Shown here: in pieces, positions 14,571-24,268 of the stretch
Layout: every line of letters begins with the position of its first letter
Numbering within the stretch: position 1 is the stretch's first letter
Origin: a virus
Taxonomy: Duplodnaviria > Caudoviricetes
Reading direction: 5' to 3' (one strand)
Length of the DNA: 28,134 nt
IMG/VR virus record: IMGVR_UViG_3300015249_000002
Coordinates: 1-28,134 of that record
Program-made: the position numbers and the translations under genes
The notes under the pieces: model-generated
Told to the model about the DNA's origin: nothing
Seen by the model: the letters and a program-made list of their open reading frames with translations, nothing else
The model's database searches: none

Positions 14571-14918
14571 ATGCGTGGCGGTAAACGAGAGAACGCTGGA
14601 CGAAAGTCAGGCGTGCCAAACACCAAGACGCAAGAGCTGGTGGCTGCAGTGGAGGCATCTGGCCTCACGCCATTGGCTTATATGCTTGAAATGTTGCGTA
14701 ATCCTAATTTGCCACAGGCCGAGCGGTTTGAGGCGGCCAAGGCCGCGGCGCCATACGTTCATGCCAGGTTGGCTGCCATTGAGGCCAAGCATGATATTTC
14801 GGACGCCCTTGCTGATCTCTTGAAGGCTGTTGATGGCAGAACCCGAGGTATTCCGCAAAGCGATCGGTCAGTTTTCGGACTGGCGATGGCGACTAACCAA
14901 TCTCTACTGGATCATTGA
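14571..14918 (+). CDS. terS: terminase small subunit
   Basis: MRGGKRENAGRKSGVPNTKT...TPLAYML..LRN...R.EAAKAAAPYVHARL. Lies immediately upstream of terL. Confidence 0.75.
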   Translation: MRGGKRENAGRKSGVPNTKTQELVAAVEASGLTPLAYMLEMLRNPNLPQAERFEAAKAAAPYVHARLAAIEAKHDISDALADLLKAVDGRTRGIPQSDRSVFGLAMATNQSLLDH

Positions 14919-16404
14919 CAAGGACGGCAAGAGACAGCGTTTTGAGATGAATTGGGCACAAGAAGCCCTGTTCGACCAAATGCACTACATGAACGTGATT
15001 CTGAAGGCCCGGCAGTTGGGATTCACGACGTTCATTCAGATCTTCATGCTCGATGCGACCGTGTTCAACTCGGACATCCGAGCCGGCACGATCGCCCATA
15101 CGCTTGGCGACGCTCAGACCATCTTTCGGGATAAGGTCAAGTTCCCGTATGATCTATTGCCGGACGGAATCAAGAATCACGTTCCGATCCTGCACGACAA
15201 CGCGACTGAGCTGATGCTTGGAAACAACTCCAGCATTCGAGTCGGAACGTCTCTGCGCTCAGGCACGCTGCAATATTTGCATGTATCGGAATACGGCAAG
15301 CTCTGCGCCAAGTTCCCTGAGAAGGCCAGGGAGGTCCGTACAGGTGCGCTTAACACGGTGCAGGCCGGGCAGGTTGTTTTTATTGAGAGCACGGCTGAAG
15401 GCCAGGAAGGCCATTTCTTTGAGGTATGCCAGACAGCGCAGACCAAGGAGAGGACTGGCGCCAAGCTAACGCCGCTTGATTTCAAGTTCCATTTCTATTC
15501 ATGGCACCAGCATCCGGAATACTGGATCGATCCGGATGGCGTCGCGATCTCGGATGAGTTGACAAAATACTTCGTCAAGCTGGAAGAAACGGAAGGCATC
15601 AAGCTCAACGCTGGCCAGAAGGCATGGTACGCCAAGAAGGCTGAGAACCAGCTTTCTGACATGAAGCGGGAATTCCCCTCGACGGCCAAAGAGGCGTTCG
15701 AGGCTTCGATCGAGGGCGCATACTACGCTGATCAGATAGCGACCGCTGAATTGCAGGGTCGTGTCGGCAAGTTTCCTGCGATCAAGGGTGTTCCTGTTGA
15801 GACGGCTTGGGACATCGGAATCGGCGACTATACGTCAATCTGGCTGTATCAGCGGGTTGGCGCGCGGTTCCGGTTCATTGGCTATGTGCAGAACTCGGGA
15901 GAGGGGCTGCCCTATTACGTGGATGACCTGAAGGGCCGTAACCTGGTCTATGCCGATCACTACTGGCCGCATGACGGCGTGGTGGATGAATGGGGCTCGG
16001 GTCTATCGCGCATTGAACAGGCCGCAAAGCTCCAGCTTAAGCCTAGCATCGTCCCCCGCATGGGAGTGGATGACGGCATCAATGCCGGCCGCGCGGTGTT
16101 CGCCCATTGTGAATTTGACGAGGAAGCATGTTCGGAAGGTCTGAAAGCTCTACGCTCCTACCGCAAGGACTGGGACGAGGAACGTGGCGTCTGGAAGGAC
16201 AAGCCACGGCACGACTGGGCATCGCATGGCGCGGACGCATTCAGGACGTTTGCGACGCAATACAAGATGATTCCCAAAGCTCCACCTGCACCAAAGAAGC
16301 AGGACGATCTGAAGTATGAGGTCAAGCCTGATGGACGAGTTGTCGCCAACATGAGCGTAATGGAACTGGTGCAGGCCAAAATGCGCAAGAAAGCACGAGA
16401 TTGA
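14833..16404 (+). CDS. terL: terminase large subunit
   Basis: Walker A LKARQLGFTT, Walker B YLHVSE, motif C FIESTAEG, RNase H-like nuclease motifs AWDIGIGD and HGADAFR. Confidence 0.93.
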   Translation: MAEPEVFRKAIGQFSDWRWRLTNLYWIIDKDGKRQRFEMNWAQEALFDQMHYMNVILKARQLGFTTFIQIFMLDATVFNSDIRAGTIAHTLGDAQTIFRDKVKFPYDLLPDGIKNHVPILHDNATELMLGNNSSIRVGTSLRSGTLQYLHVSEYGKLCAKFPEKAREVRTGALNTVQAGQVVFIESTAEGQEGHFFEVCQTAQTKERTGAKLTPLDFKFHFYSWHQHPEYWIDPDGVAISDELTKYFVKLEETEGIKLNAGQKAWYAKKAENQLSDMKREFPSTAKEAFEASIEGAYYADQIATAELQGRVGKFPAIKGVPVETAWDIGIGDYTSIWLYQRVGARFRFIGYVQNSGEGLPYYVDDLKGRNLVYADHYWPHDGVVDEWGSGLSRIEQAAKLQLKPSIVPRMGVDDGINAGRAVFAHCEFDEEACSEGLKALRSYRKDWDEERGVWKDKPRHDWASHGADAFRTFATQYKMIPKAPPAPKKQDDLKYEVKPDGRVVANMSVMELVQAKMRKKARD

Positions 16405-16571
16405 TGGATAGGCGACTGAGCGCGATATACGAGGAAATCTTCCTAGACGGTCCGTTCGATCTACCTGCTGGCCGATGGATCTTGATTGATGAGGACCGTG
16501 ACGAGTGGGCGTTCTTTAGCCTGACGTCATTTCGTAGGCACGGCGAGCCTGCGAAAAAGGTGATAGATTGA
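16404..16571 (+). CDS. hypothetical protein (55 aa)
   Basis: Read manually: MDRRLSAIYEEIFLDGPFDLPAGRWILIDEDRDEWAFFSL.... TGATG overlap with terL. Confidence 0.5.
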   Translation: MDRRLSAIYEEIFLDGPFDLPAGRWILIDEDRDEWAFFSLTSFRRHGEPAKKVID

Positions 16572-16676
16572 TGATCAAATTTTGGCTCGAATCCGTGGCG
16601 CTGAACGGGTATTCATTGTCATGGCCCCGATGCTGCTATTCGGGCCTCTCCTCTGGATGACTTGGCTTTTCCTCGG

Positions 16677-18905
16677 ATGACAGAAACCTCCAATACCGCA
16701 ACCTATGAAAGCAAGGCGGAAGCGGTACAGGACGAGCAGGATTACGTTAAGCTGTGGCTTGACCAGATCGAGCGTTCCGGGGCGGACGAGAAGGAATGGC
16801 GGGAAGATGCCGAGAAAGCCGAGGATATCTACCGATCGAAGGAAGGCTCTCGGAACCGAGAGTTCAACATCTATCATGCGAACATTGAAACCCTTGTACC
16901 CGCTCTCTACAACTCAACCCCTATTCCTGATGTTCGGCGCCGATTTGCCGATAAAGACCCCATCGGCAAAGTTGTATCGGACATCATCGAGCGGTCGGTA
17001 AGCTTCTCCGTTGATACTTACGACTTCGACGGCATGATGCATGCTACGATCAAGGATTCAGAGATCACTGATCGCGGCGTGGCTAGGGTGCGTTATGTGC
17101 CTACGTTCGGTCAGGACGAGGCCGGCAACGAAACCCTAGCCTATGCTGAGGTGCCGTGTGAGCATATCCCCTGGCGGGACTTCCGCCGCGGCCCAGGACG
17201 GTTCTGGGGAGAGGTGCCATGGGAAGCGTTTCGCCACTATCTTTCGAAGGACGAGATCACAAAGCTGATCGACGGCACCGACATCAACATCGAAGATATA
17301 CCGCTGAACTATTCCTCCGATGGTTCAACGGACAAGAGGGACAAGAACCCGAAGTCGGACGTATTCAAGCGGGCGATGGTCTGGGAGATCTGGGACAAGG
17401 AGTCGAAGAAGGTCATATTCATCTGCCAAGACTACCATAAGAAGGTGCTCAAGGCTGAGGACGACCCGCTTCAACTGACCAACTTCTTCCCGACGCCAAA
17501 GCCATTGCAGGCCATTGAACAGACAGCCTCGCTGGTTCCGGTCACGCCGCTGCGGATTTATGAATCGCTGGTTGACGAGCTGAACGTCGTTACTCGGCGC
17601 ATTACCAAGCTGGTCAAGACGCTACGAGTCAGGGGTCTATACGGCGGTAATAACCTGGACATCAAGGCGGTTGCCGAGGCTGATGACGGAGAGCTTGTCC
17701 CGGCCAGCGATGTACAGCAATTCCTGAACCAAGGTGGGCTTGAGAAGGCCATTCACTGGTATCCGCTCGATCCTACCACGACGGCCATCAAGACACTGTA
17801 CGAGCAGCGTGAGGCCATCAAGCAAACGATCTATGAGGTAACTGGGATTGCGGACATTCTCCGCGGCGCTACCGATCCAAACGAAACCCTTGGCGCACAG
17901 AATCTCAAGGCGCAGTGGGGATCGCTGCGTATACAACGGCGGCAGTCCGAGGTTGCCCGGTTTGCGCGGGAACTGTTCGAACTGAAGGCCGAGATCATCG
18001 CGACCAAGTTCGATTGGCCGTTGTTGGCCAAGATGACCGGTATAGAGTTGCCGAGCGCTGAGCAGAAGCAGACCGTGCAGGCGCTGATGCAGCAGGTCCA
18101 GCAAGCCCAGCAGCAAGGGCAAGAGATCCCGCCTCAGATTATGGCACAGGCTGGAAAAGCGCAGGAGATCGTCAGCCAGCCCAGCCAGGAAGAGGTGATG
18201 CAGCTTCTGCAGGATGATATTTCGAGGAACTACCGGATTGACGTCGAGAGCGATTCGACCATCCGGAATGACTTGAGCCGCAACCAGCAGACGATGAACT
18301 TGTTCCTGCAGGGCACGGCGCAGTTTGGCCAGGCGATGGGGCCGATCATCATGGCTGACGCTTCGATGAAGCCGGTTGTGATGGAGATTTACGGGGCGTT
18401 TGCAAGGCAGTTCAAGCTTGGCCGGCAGGCTGAGGACGCGATCGATTCGGCAACCGAGCAGGCGCAGAAGACCAAGGACCAGCCGCCGCCGCCCGATCCG
18501 AAGGTCGAGGCTGAGAAGATGAAGGCCGATGTTGCCAAGCAAAAGGCGGATATGGACGCCCAGGCTCAGCAGCAGAAGATGCAGTTTGAGCAGCAAAAGG
18601 CCCAGATGGACTTGCAGGCCGCACAGCAGAAGCATCAGATGGAACTGCAGAAGATGCAGGCCGAATTACAGATGCAGCGCGAGGAACTGGACCTCATGCG
18701 CGAGAAGATGGGCATGGAGATGCAGGCCGCCCAGCAGAAGGCCATGATAGATTCCGAGAAGATGGAACGCGAGACTGCGATGCAGGAGCGTTCCGAATCG
18801 ATGGCGATGGAGGCCTCGGAACACAAGCACGAACTTGGAATTGAAATGATGGACCACAAGGCCAAGATGGCCAAGCAGAAACCAAAGAACGGAGCGGCAA
18901 AATGA
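16677..18905 (+). CDS. portal protein with a long Q/M/K-rich C-terminal coiled coil
   Basis: ~740-aa gene after terL. YEVTGIADILRG...ETLGAQ portal-like motif and a helical tail reminiscent of the P22 portal barrel. Confidence 0.85.
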   Translation: MTETSNTATYESKAEAVQDEQDYVKLWLDQIERSGADEKEWREDAEKAEDIYRSKEGSRNREFNIYHANIETLVPALYNSTPIPDVRRRFADKDPIGKVVSDIIERSVSFSVDTYDFDGMMHATIKDSEITDRGVARVRYVPTFGQDEAGNETLAYAEVPCEHIPWRDFRRGPGRFWGEVPWEAFRHYLSKDEITKLIDGTDINIEDIPLNYSSDGSTDKRDKNPKSDVFKRAMVWEIWDKESKKVIFICQDYHKKVLKAEDDPLQLTNFFPTPKPLQAIEQTASLVPVTPLRIYESLVDELNVVTRRITKLVKTLRVRGLYGGNNLDIKAVAEADDGELVPASDVQQFLNQGGLEKAIHWYPLDPTTTAIKTLYEQREAIKQTIYEVTGIADILRGATDPNETLGAQNLKAQWGSLRIQRRQSEVARFARELFELKAEIIATKFDWPLLAKMTGIELPSAEQKQTVQALMQQVQQAQQQGQEIPPQIMAQAGKAQEIVSQPSQEEVMQLLQDDISRNYRIDVESDSTIRNDLSRNQQTMNLFLQGTAQFGQAMGPIIMADASMKPVVMEIYGAFARQFKLGRQAEDAIDSATEQAQKTKDQPPPPDPKVEAEKMKADVAKQKADMDAQAQQQKMQFEQQKAQMDLQAAQQKHQMELQKMQAELQMQREELDLMREKMGMEMQAAQQKAMIDSEKMERETAMQERSESMAMEASEHKHELGIEMMDHKAKMAKQKPKNGAAK

Positions 18906-19201
18906 GTGATGAAACCAACCCAATCGTTGATCCGACGCCCGCGCCTGCAAGGATCTTCCTGGGGGAACCTGCGCCTGTTGAGAATCCCCTCGTAGGGAAA
19001 ATCGGGAACCCCTCGGACGCTAATCCAGCAATGGCTAATCCAGCGCCGGCCAAGCCCATTGATGGCCCGATTGTGCACGGCGAGGCCGCCCAGCGCTTTG
19101 TCAACAAGAACGCTGCACATAGCGAGCGCGTGATGCAGGGCAAGGTCGTCACGCCGCCGGTTCGCAAGGAGCGGTACGAGCATCCGGAGCGCAAGGCTTA
19201 A
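18902..19201 (+). CDS. hypothetical Pro-rich protein
   Basis: GGAG RBS and ATGA overlap with the portal gene. Confidence 0.6.
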   Translation: MSDETNPIVDPTPAPARIFLGEPAPVENPLVGKIGNPSDANPAMANPAPAKPIDGPIVHGEAAQRFVNKNAAHSERVMQGKVVTPPVRKERYEHPERKA

Positions 19202-19204
19202 AGC

Positions 19205-19426
19205 ATGATAACCGAATGGAGCCCAAACATGAGTTTTCAAGGTGTTTGTGTAGGAGGGCCATACGATGGGAAGAGTTTTATTTCCGAGGGGCCCCTTCTG
19301 AGGGTGGCGATATGGCCTATGCCTGAATTTTCGGTAAATGTGAACCCACACAAGGATTCGTATGAAGATGCCTTTAAATTTGTTGAGTATCGATGGAACG
19401 GGGAAGAATTTAGGTTTCGCGAATGA
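19205..19426 (+). CDS. hypothetical protein, AT-richer insert
   Basis: CVGGPYDG motif; visibly lower GC than the flanks; coupled to the next gene. Confidence 0.55.
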   Translation: MITEWSPNMSFQGVCVGGPYDGKSFISEGPLLRVAIWPMPEFSVNVNPHKDSYEDAFKFVEYRWNGEEFRFRE

Positions 19427-19746
19427 CCCGCTACGTCTGGCGTGATGGCAAGTTTCGCGATCCGGAAACCAACGAGCCGATGCCCGTTGACAAAAACTGC
19501 TCCAGCGTGGTCATGCCTATGATTGCCTCTGATATCGAACCGTATCAGTCCCCGATCGATGGCCGTGTCATCAGTAGTCGATCGGCACGACGGGATGACC
19601 TGGCACGTAACGGCTGCGTTCCATATGAGCCGATGGGCAATGCGCCCCGCGGCCTGACCAACCCGAAGTTCGCTGCAAAGCACAATGCGATGCATTTGTT
19701 GACGCCAGAAGCGCGCGACAAGCACAAGATCCGTATCCGGAAATAA
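19423..19746 (+). CDS. conserved-type head-region protein
   Basis: PMIASDIEPYQSPIDGRVISSRSARRDDLARNGC motif; lies between portal and scaffold. Confidence 0.65.
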   Translation: MTRYVWRDGKFRDPETNEPMPVDKNCSSVVMPMIASDIEPYQSPIDGRVISSRSARRDDLARNGCVPYEPMGNAPRGLTNPKFAAKHNAMHLLTPEARDKHKIRIRK

Positions 19747-19755
19747 GGACCACAC

Positions 19756-20784
19756 ATGGAAACCGCTACTGACGTGGTCACGCCGACCCCGAGCGAAAGC
19801 CCTGTTGCCATTGAGCCCGTAGTTACCGAAACCCCGGAAGTCGCTGCACCGTCGATCGACGACGATCTGCGCAGCATATGGGACAAGCGCAATCCGCCCC
19901 GTGAAAACGGGCGTTTTGCCGCAAAAGATCCGACCGAGACCGCAGCCGAAGGCGCGAACGAGGTCAAAGAGGTTGCAGACCAAACCGCAGAGAAACCGCT
20001 AGAACAGGCCAAGCCTGCCATCGATGCGCCCGTCTCTTGGTCTGCCGAGCAGAAGGCCAAGTGGGCCACCCTGCCACCCGACACGCGCGAGTACATCGCG
20101 CAACGGGACAGGGAAAGCCACGAAGCAATCTCTCGGGCGGGGCAGCAGATCAAGGCTTTCGAGCCCATCGGCAAAGTCATCGAACAGTTCTCGCACGTCT
20201 TCCAGAAGAACGGGTTGCAACCTCATGACGGCATTGCCCGCATGATGGCCGTTAACGAAATGCTGGAAGCCAATCCGAGAGCTGCCATCGCTGAAATCGC
20301 CAGGGTGTACGGGGTCAATCTGCAGGGAGAGACTGCACAGGATGCCAGCCCAGAGAACGCCCGCGTGGCGGAACTGGAGGCCGAGCTTGGCAAGATCAAA
20401 ACCCACCTCACAGCGCAGCAACGTCAACAGCTCCAGGCTGAAAACGATGCGCTGGCTCGCGAGATCGATGATTTCGCAAAGGACAAACCGCACTTCGAAA
20501 GCGTCCGAAAGGTAATGGCCGGCCTGATGTCGTCAGGTGCTGCCGAAACCATGAAGGACGCTTACGACAAGGCCATCTATGCCGATCCCACCATTCGCCA
20601 GAGCCTCCAGGTGGAGGCTCAGAAGGCGGCTGAAGACAAGCGCAAGGCAGACGAAGCCGAGCGCGTGGCGAAGGCCAAGAAGGCAGCGGGCGTCAACGTC
20701 AAGTCATCCCCTGGCCAATCCAGTCAGGTCAAGACGATGGACGATGACCTTTGGGCAATCGCACGCAAACACTATGGCACATAA
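19756..20784 (+). CDS. capsid scaffolding protein
   Basis: Acidic disordered N-terminus, APVSWS...WATLP motif, helical coiled coil. Directly upstream of the capsid gene. Confidence 0.75.
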   Translation: METATDVVTPTPSESPVAIEPVVTETPEVAAPSIDDDLRSIWDKRNPPRENGRFAAKDPTETAAEGANEVKEVADQTAEKPLEQAKPAIDAPVSWSAEQKAKWATLPPDTREYIAQRDRESHEAISRAGQQIKAFEPIGKVIEQFSHVFQKNGLQPHDGIARMMAVNEMLEANPRAAIAEIARVYGVNLQGETAQDASPENARVAELEAELGKIKTHLTAQQRQQLQAENDALAREIDDFAKDKPHFESVRKVMAGLMSSGAAETMKDAYDKAIYADPTIRQSLQVEAQKAAEDKRKADEAERVAKAKKAAGVNVKSSPGQSSQVKTMDDDLWAIARKHYGT

Positions 20785-20794
20785 GGACTAAACC

Positions 20795-21757
20795 ATGCCT
20801 TCACCCAATGCGACGTTCACCGAAATGGTGAGCACGACGCTGCGGAACCATGCGCGAAAGTTGGTGGATAACGTCACCGACCACAACGCACTGCTCCGCA
20901 AGCTCAAGGACAACGGCAACATCTCCACCAAGTCGGGTGGTTATGAAATCGTGTTCCCCCTCGAATACGCGGAAAACGGCACCTATCAGCGCTATTCCGG
21001 CTATGATGCGCTGGACGTGGCGGCTTCCGACGTCTTCACGGCGGCGAAATACGACTGGGCCCAGGTGGCCATCCACGTCACCGCCTCCGGTCGTGAGATC
21101 CGCATGAACAACGGTCCGGAACAGATGATTGATCTGGTCAAGGCCCGTGTTAAAAACGCGATGAACACCGCGGCCAACAACTTCTCGGTTGACCTCTACG
21201 GCTCCGGCGCCCTGACCAACCAGATCGGCGGCCTTGGGCTCATCGTGACCTCGGACGGTTCCGGTACGGTTGGCGGCATCAACTCCGCTACCTATCCGTT
21301 CTGGGCCAACCAGTTCTACGAGAACCCGGTCACCGGCTTTGCCACCACCTCGGTCGGCGCATCGTTCAACACGATGTGGCTCCGCACGGTTCGTGGCAAC
21401 GACAAGCCCGACCTGATCGTCACGTCCAACGACCTGTATGCGATCTACGAGGCCTCGCTTCAGGCCAACCAGCGCTACATGAAGTCGGACAAGGCATCGC
21501 TCGGCTTCTCGGAACTTCAATACAAGTCGGCCGACGTCATCTTTGACAGCAACACCAATTTCGGCACGACCGCTGAGATCGGGTACTTCCTCAACACCAA
21601 ATACCTCTATGTCGTCCAGCATTCCGAGGCCCAGTGGACCCAGGATGACGACAAGGTTCCGGTGAACCAGGACGCCGTTGTGATTCCGATTTACTGGATG
21701 GGTAACATGGTCTGCACGAACCGTTCGTTGCAGGGCAAACTCATCGACGTGTCGTAA
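20795..21757 (+). CDS. major capsid protein
   Basis: 320 aa, AAGGA RBS, strongly C/G-ending codons. TTL...LVDNV..HNALL, YSGYD.L and GGINSATY.FW.NQ motifs. Follows the scaffold gene. Confidence 0.88.
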   Translation: MPSPNATFTEMVSTTLRNHARKLVDNVTDHNALLRKLKDNGNISTKSGGYEIVFPLEYAENGTYQRYSGYDALDVAASDVFTAAKYDWAQVAIHVTASGREIRMNNGPEQMIDLVKARVKNAMNTAANNFSVDLYGSGALTNQIGGLGLIVTSDGSGTVGGINSATYPFWANQFYENPVTGFATTSVGASFNTMWLRTVRGNDKPDLIVTSNDLYAIYEASLQANQRYMKSDKASLGFSELQYKSADVIFDSNTNFGTTAEIGYFLNTKYLYVVQHSEAQWTQDDDKVPVNQDAVVIPIYWMGNMVCTNRSLQGKLIDVS

Positions 21758-21769
21758 GGAGGCGCGCAC

Positions 21770-22291
21770 ATGGCATATATCATCACTTCCGGCATTGCCG
21801 GCATGCAGCCGATCGCTACTACCAGCACTGTCCAGAACCACCCCATCGGCACCATCGTTCGCGCCACTGACCCGACCTATGGCGAAGGCGAGTTCATCTA
21901 CCTGAAGGGCGTCACCGGAACCTTACCAGGACTGGTGGTGGGATATGGTGACAGCACGGGGTTGACTGCGCTCACCTCGACTTCTGGCGTTGTCAATCGT
22001 GGACAGCCGCTGGCTGTTGCGATGTCAGCGAACGTCGGCAGTCAATGGGGTTGGTACCAGGTTAGCGGCGCTGCCGTTATCCTGAAAACGGCCGTCAAGG
22101 TTGACCCGGCGCTGGCTACTGTCGGTATGAACGTCCATTTGTCGGCAACGGCTGGCCGTGTCATGCAGACTTCGGCAGCATCCCGTCAGGTAGTCGGCGC
22201 TCGTTTCGCCGCTGTTACTACGGTCACGTCAACCACTTCTACCGCGATTGTGACGATCAATCGCCCCGTGCAGCAGGGCAAATTTACCTGA
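21770..22291 (+). CDS. capsid decoration/cement-like protein, Ser/Thr-rich
   Basis: AAGGAGG RBS straight after the capsid gene. HPIGT..., GEFIYLKG and QWGWYQVSG beta-rich motifs. Confidence 0.65.
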   Translation: MAYIITSGIAGMQPIATTSTVQNHPIGTIVRATDPTYGEGEFIYLKGVTGTLPGLVVGYGDSTGLTALTSTSGVVNRGQPLAVAMSANVGSQWGWYQVSGAAVILKTAVKVDPALATVGMNVHLSATAGRVMQTSAASRQVVGARFAAVTTVTSTTSTAIVTINRPVQQGKFT

Positions 22292-24261
22292 TGCTCCACA
22301 TCTGCTGCATACGGGCGGGGGAGGCGTTCTCCCCCGCCTACGTCAATAACCTTTACGATATGGTCAGGCGCAACCTGGCTGATGGGTTCGAGGGTGAGTT
22401 CGTTTGTTTCACTGACCAGGACGATGTGCTTGATCAAGGCATCGTGGTCCGGCCTTTGCCGGCGGACCTGCCTGGCTGGTGGTCGAAACTCGGTCTATTC
22501 CGTGGAGATTTGTTCCCGGTAGGCGATCGGGTGATTTTCTTCGATCTAGATACGTTGATCACTGGACGCTTGGATGAACTGGCGGCCTATGACGGGCCGT
22601 TCGCTATCCTTCGGGACTTCTACCGGCCAAGTGGGATGCAGTCTTCCGTCATGCTGTGGACGGCGGGAGAGCAGCGGGAAATCTGGGAGAGCTATGCAGA
22701 GGCCGGCTGGCCGATGCGAGACCCCGGTGGGGACCAGTTATGGATTGAACGGCACGCCTGCGAGGGCAAGATCAGGTTCTTGCAGACCCTATTTCCAGGG
22801 ATGTTCGTCTCGTACAAGCAGATCAATGGCATACCGGAAAAAGCGTCCGTGGTAGTATTTCATGGCAAGCCGCGGCCGCACGAGGTGACTACAGGCTGGG
22901 TACCGGAAGTCTGGAAGGTCGGCGGCCTGATGCGCGCTGAACTGGATACGATCTGCAATACGGCACGGGAAAAGCTGGAGGCTAATGTCCGCTCGTCCAT
23001 GGCACGAGAATTGCGATGGTTCGATACCTCGCCCGAGCATGATGGGCATGCCTGCATCGTTGGGGGTGGGCCTTCGTTAAAGGATTGCCTTGGCGAACTA
23101 TCCTGGCGGCAGAAGCAGGGCCAGAAGGTCATCGCGCTGAATGGAACGGCCAAGTTCCTGATAAGCGTTGGTATTACCCCGGATATGGTCGTTATTGCCG
23201 ACGCAAGGCCCGAGAATGCTGAATTTGTGAGGGGGCTTAAAATAACAGCGCTGCTCGCCTCGCAGTGTCATCCGGATACATTCGAGGCAGCGGAAGAAAC
23301 CATTCTCTGGCATGTCAACACCGAGGGCATGGCTGAAATCCTCAAGGACGAGCGCGAGCTTCCGGTTCACCTGATCGGGGGCGGATCAACGGTTGGGCTC
23401 AATGCGATCGTACTGATGTTCGCGGCTGGATATCGAAAGATACATCTCTATGGATTCGATAGTTCCTATCGGGATGACGATCACCACGCCTACAGCCAAT
23501 CCTTGAATGACAATGATCGTGTGGTTGACGCGCTGTGTGGGGACCGGAAGTTCAGGGCAAGTGGATGGATGGCGCAGCAGGTCAACGAGTTCCGTGATCT
23601 GGTGCCGGGACTGGTAGCGGATGGCTGTATCATTACTGTCGCGGGTGACGGCATGCTGCAGACCATGGCGAAACTTTTGGCTGAGAATATGCCGATGACG
23701 CCAGCACAAGTTCGAGCGAACGAGGTTCTAAAACGCCTGAACGGTGCTGCTCAACCCCGGGGGGTCGAGGTAGGCGAGTTCAAGGGCGATATGTCGTCGG
23801 CTCTGTTGCGAAATCACCCAAGCATGCACTTGGACATGGTCGATAGCTGGGAAGGCGATGGAAAATCATATGCCGTTGACAGCGGGGATTGGCACGCTGA
23901 ACTTACACAATCCGCCCAGGATGACTTCGAATCCCACGCGCGAAATCGTGTGGCTTTTGCTGGAGAGCGCGCCCATGTCGTCCGCAGACGTTCTACCGAG
24001 GCCGCGGCTGATGTACTAGAGGGTTCCAGAGATTTCGTTTTCATAGACGCCGATCATTCCTACCAAGGCTGCCGGGCCGACATCGAGGCGTGGCACAGCA
24101 AGGTAAAGCCGGGTGGCTGGCTAGGTGGCCATGACTATGAAAACGACGGGTTTCCGAAGTTTGGCGTAACCCAGGCCGTCAATGAATTTGCTGCCGCCCA
24201 TTCGTTCAAGCTTGAGCTTGGCGAGAACTTCACCTGGTTCATCCAACTTCCAAACACATAG
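22291..24261 (+). CDS. tri-domain glycosyltransferase (GT-A, DxD) + Maf/MptE-like (DUF115) + class I SAM methyltransferase
   Basis: N-terminal FVCFTD, GWWSKLGLF, FFDLD, GGDQ, VFHGKPRPHE. Middle CIVGGGPSL, IALNG, GGGSTVG, AGYRKIHLYGFDSSY. C-terminal VEVGEFKG, MVDSW, DFVFIDADHSY, VKPGGWLGGHDY. Confidence 0.85.
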   Translation: MLHICCIRAGEAFSPAYVNNLYDMVRRNLADGFEGEFVCFTDQDDVLDQGIVVRPLPADLPGWWSKLGLFRGDLFPVGDRVIFFDLDTLITGRLDELAAYDGPFAILRDFYRPSGMQSSVMLWTAGEQREIWESYAEAGWPMRDPGGDQLWIERHACEGKIRFLQTLFPGMFVSYKQINGIPEKASVVVFHGKPRPHEVTTGWVPEVWKVGGLMRAELDTICNTAREKLEANVRSSMARELRWFDTSPEHDGHACIVGGGPSLKDCLGELSWRQKQGQKVIALNGTAKFLISVGITPDMVVIADARPENAEFVRGLKITALLASQCHPDTFEAAEETILWHVNTEGMAEILKDERELPVHLIGGGSTVGLNAIVLMFAAGYRKIHLYGFDSSYRDDDHHAYSQSLNDNDRVVDALCGDRKFRASGWMAQQVNEFRDLVPGLVADGCIITVAGDGMLQTMAKLLAENMPMTPAQVRANEVLKRLNGAAQPRGVEVGEFKGDMSSALLRNHPSMHLDMVDSWEGDGKSYAVDSGDWHAELTQSAQDDFESHARNRVAFAGERAHVVRRRSTEAAADVLEGSRDFVFIDADHSYQGCRADIEAWHSKVKPGGWLGGHDYENDGFPKFGVTQAVNEFAAAHSFKLELGENFTWFIQLPNT

Positions 24262-24268
24262 AGGACAA

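Noticed and set aside
18480-18900. CAG/ATG/AAG-rich repetitive DNA
   Set aside because: Reflects the Gln/Met/Lys-rich coiled-coil tail of the portal rather than a separate repeat element.
20801-21841. 346-aa antisense ORF over the major capsid gene (likewise 17637-18635 over the portal)
   Set aside because: Shadow ORFs expected from biased codon usage in GC-rich genes; no motifs, and they run against the operon direction.
22291-24261. Interpretation as a folate/pterin kinase (MptE) auxiliary metabolic gene
   Set aside because: The MptE-like/DUF115 fold is shared with Maf glycosyltransferases. Fusion to a GT and a methyltransferase and the head-module location favour glycan modification.
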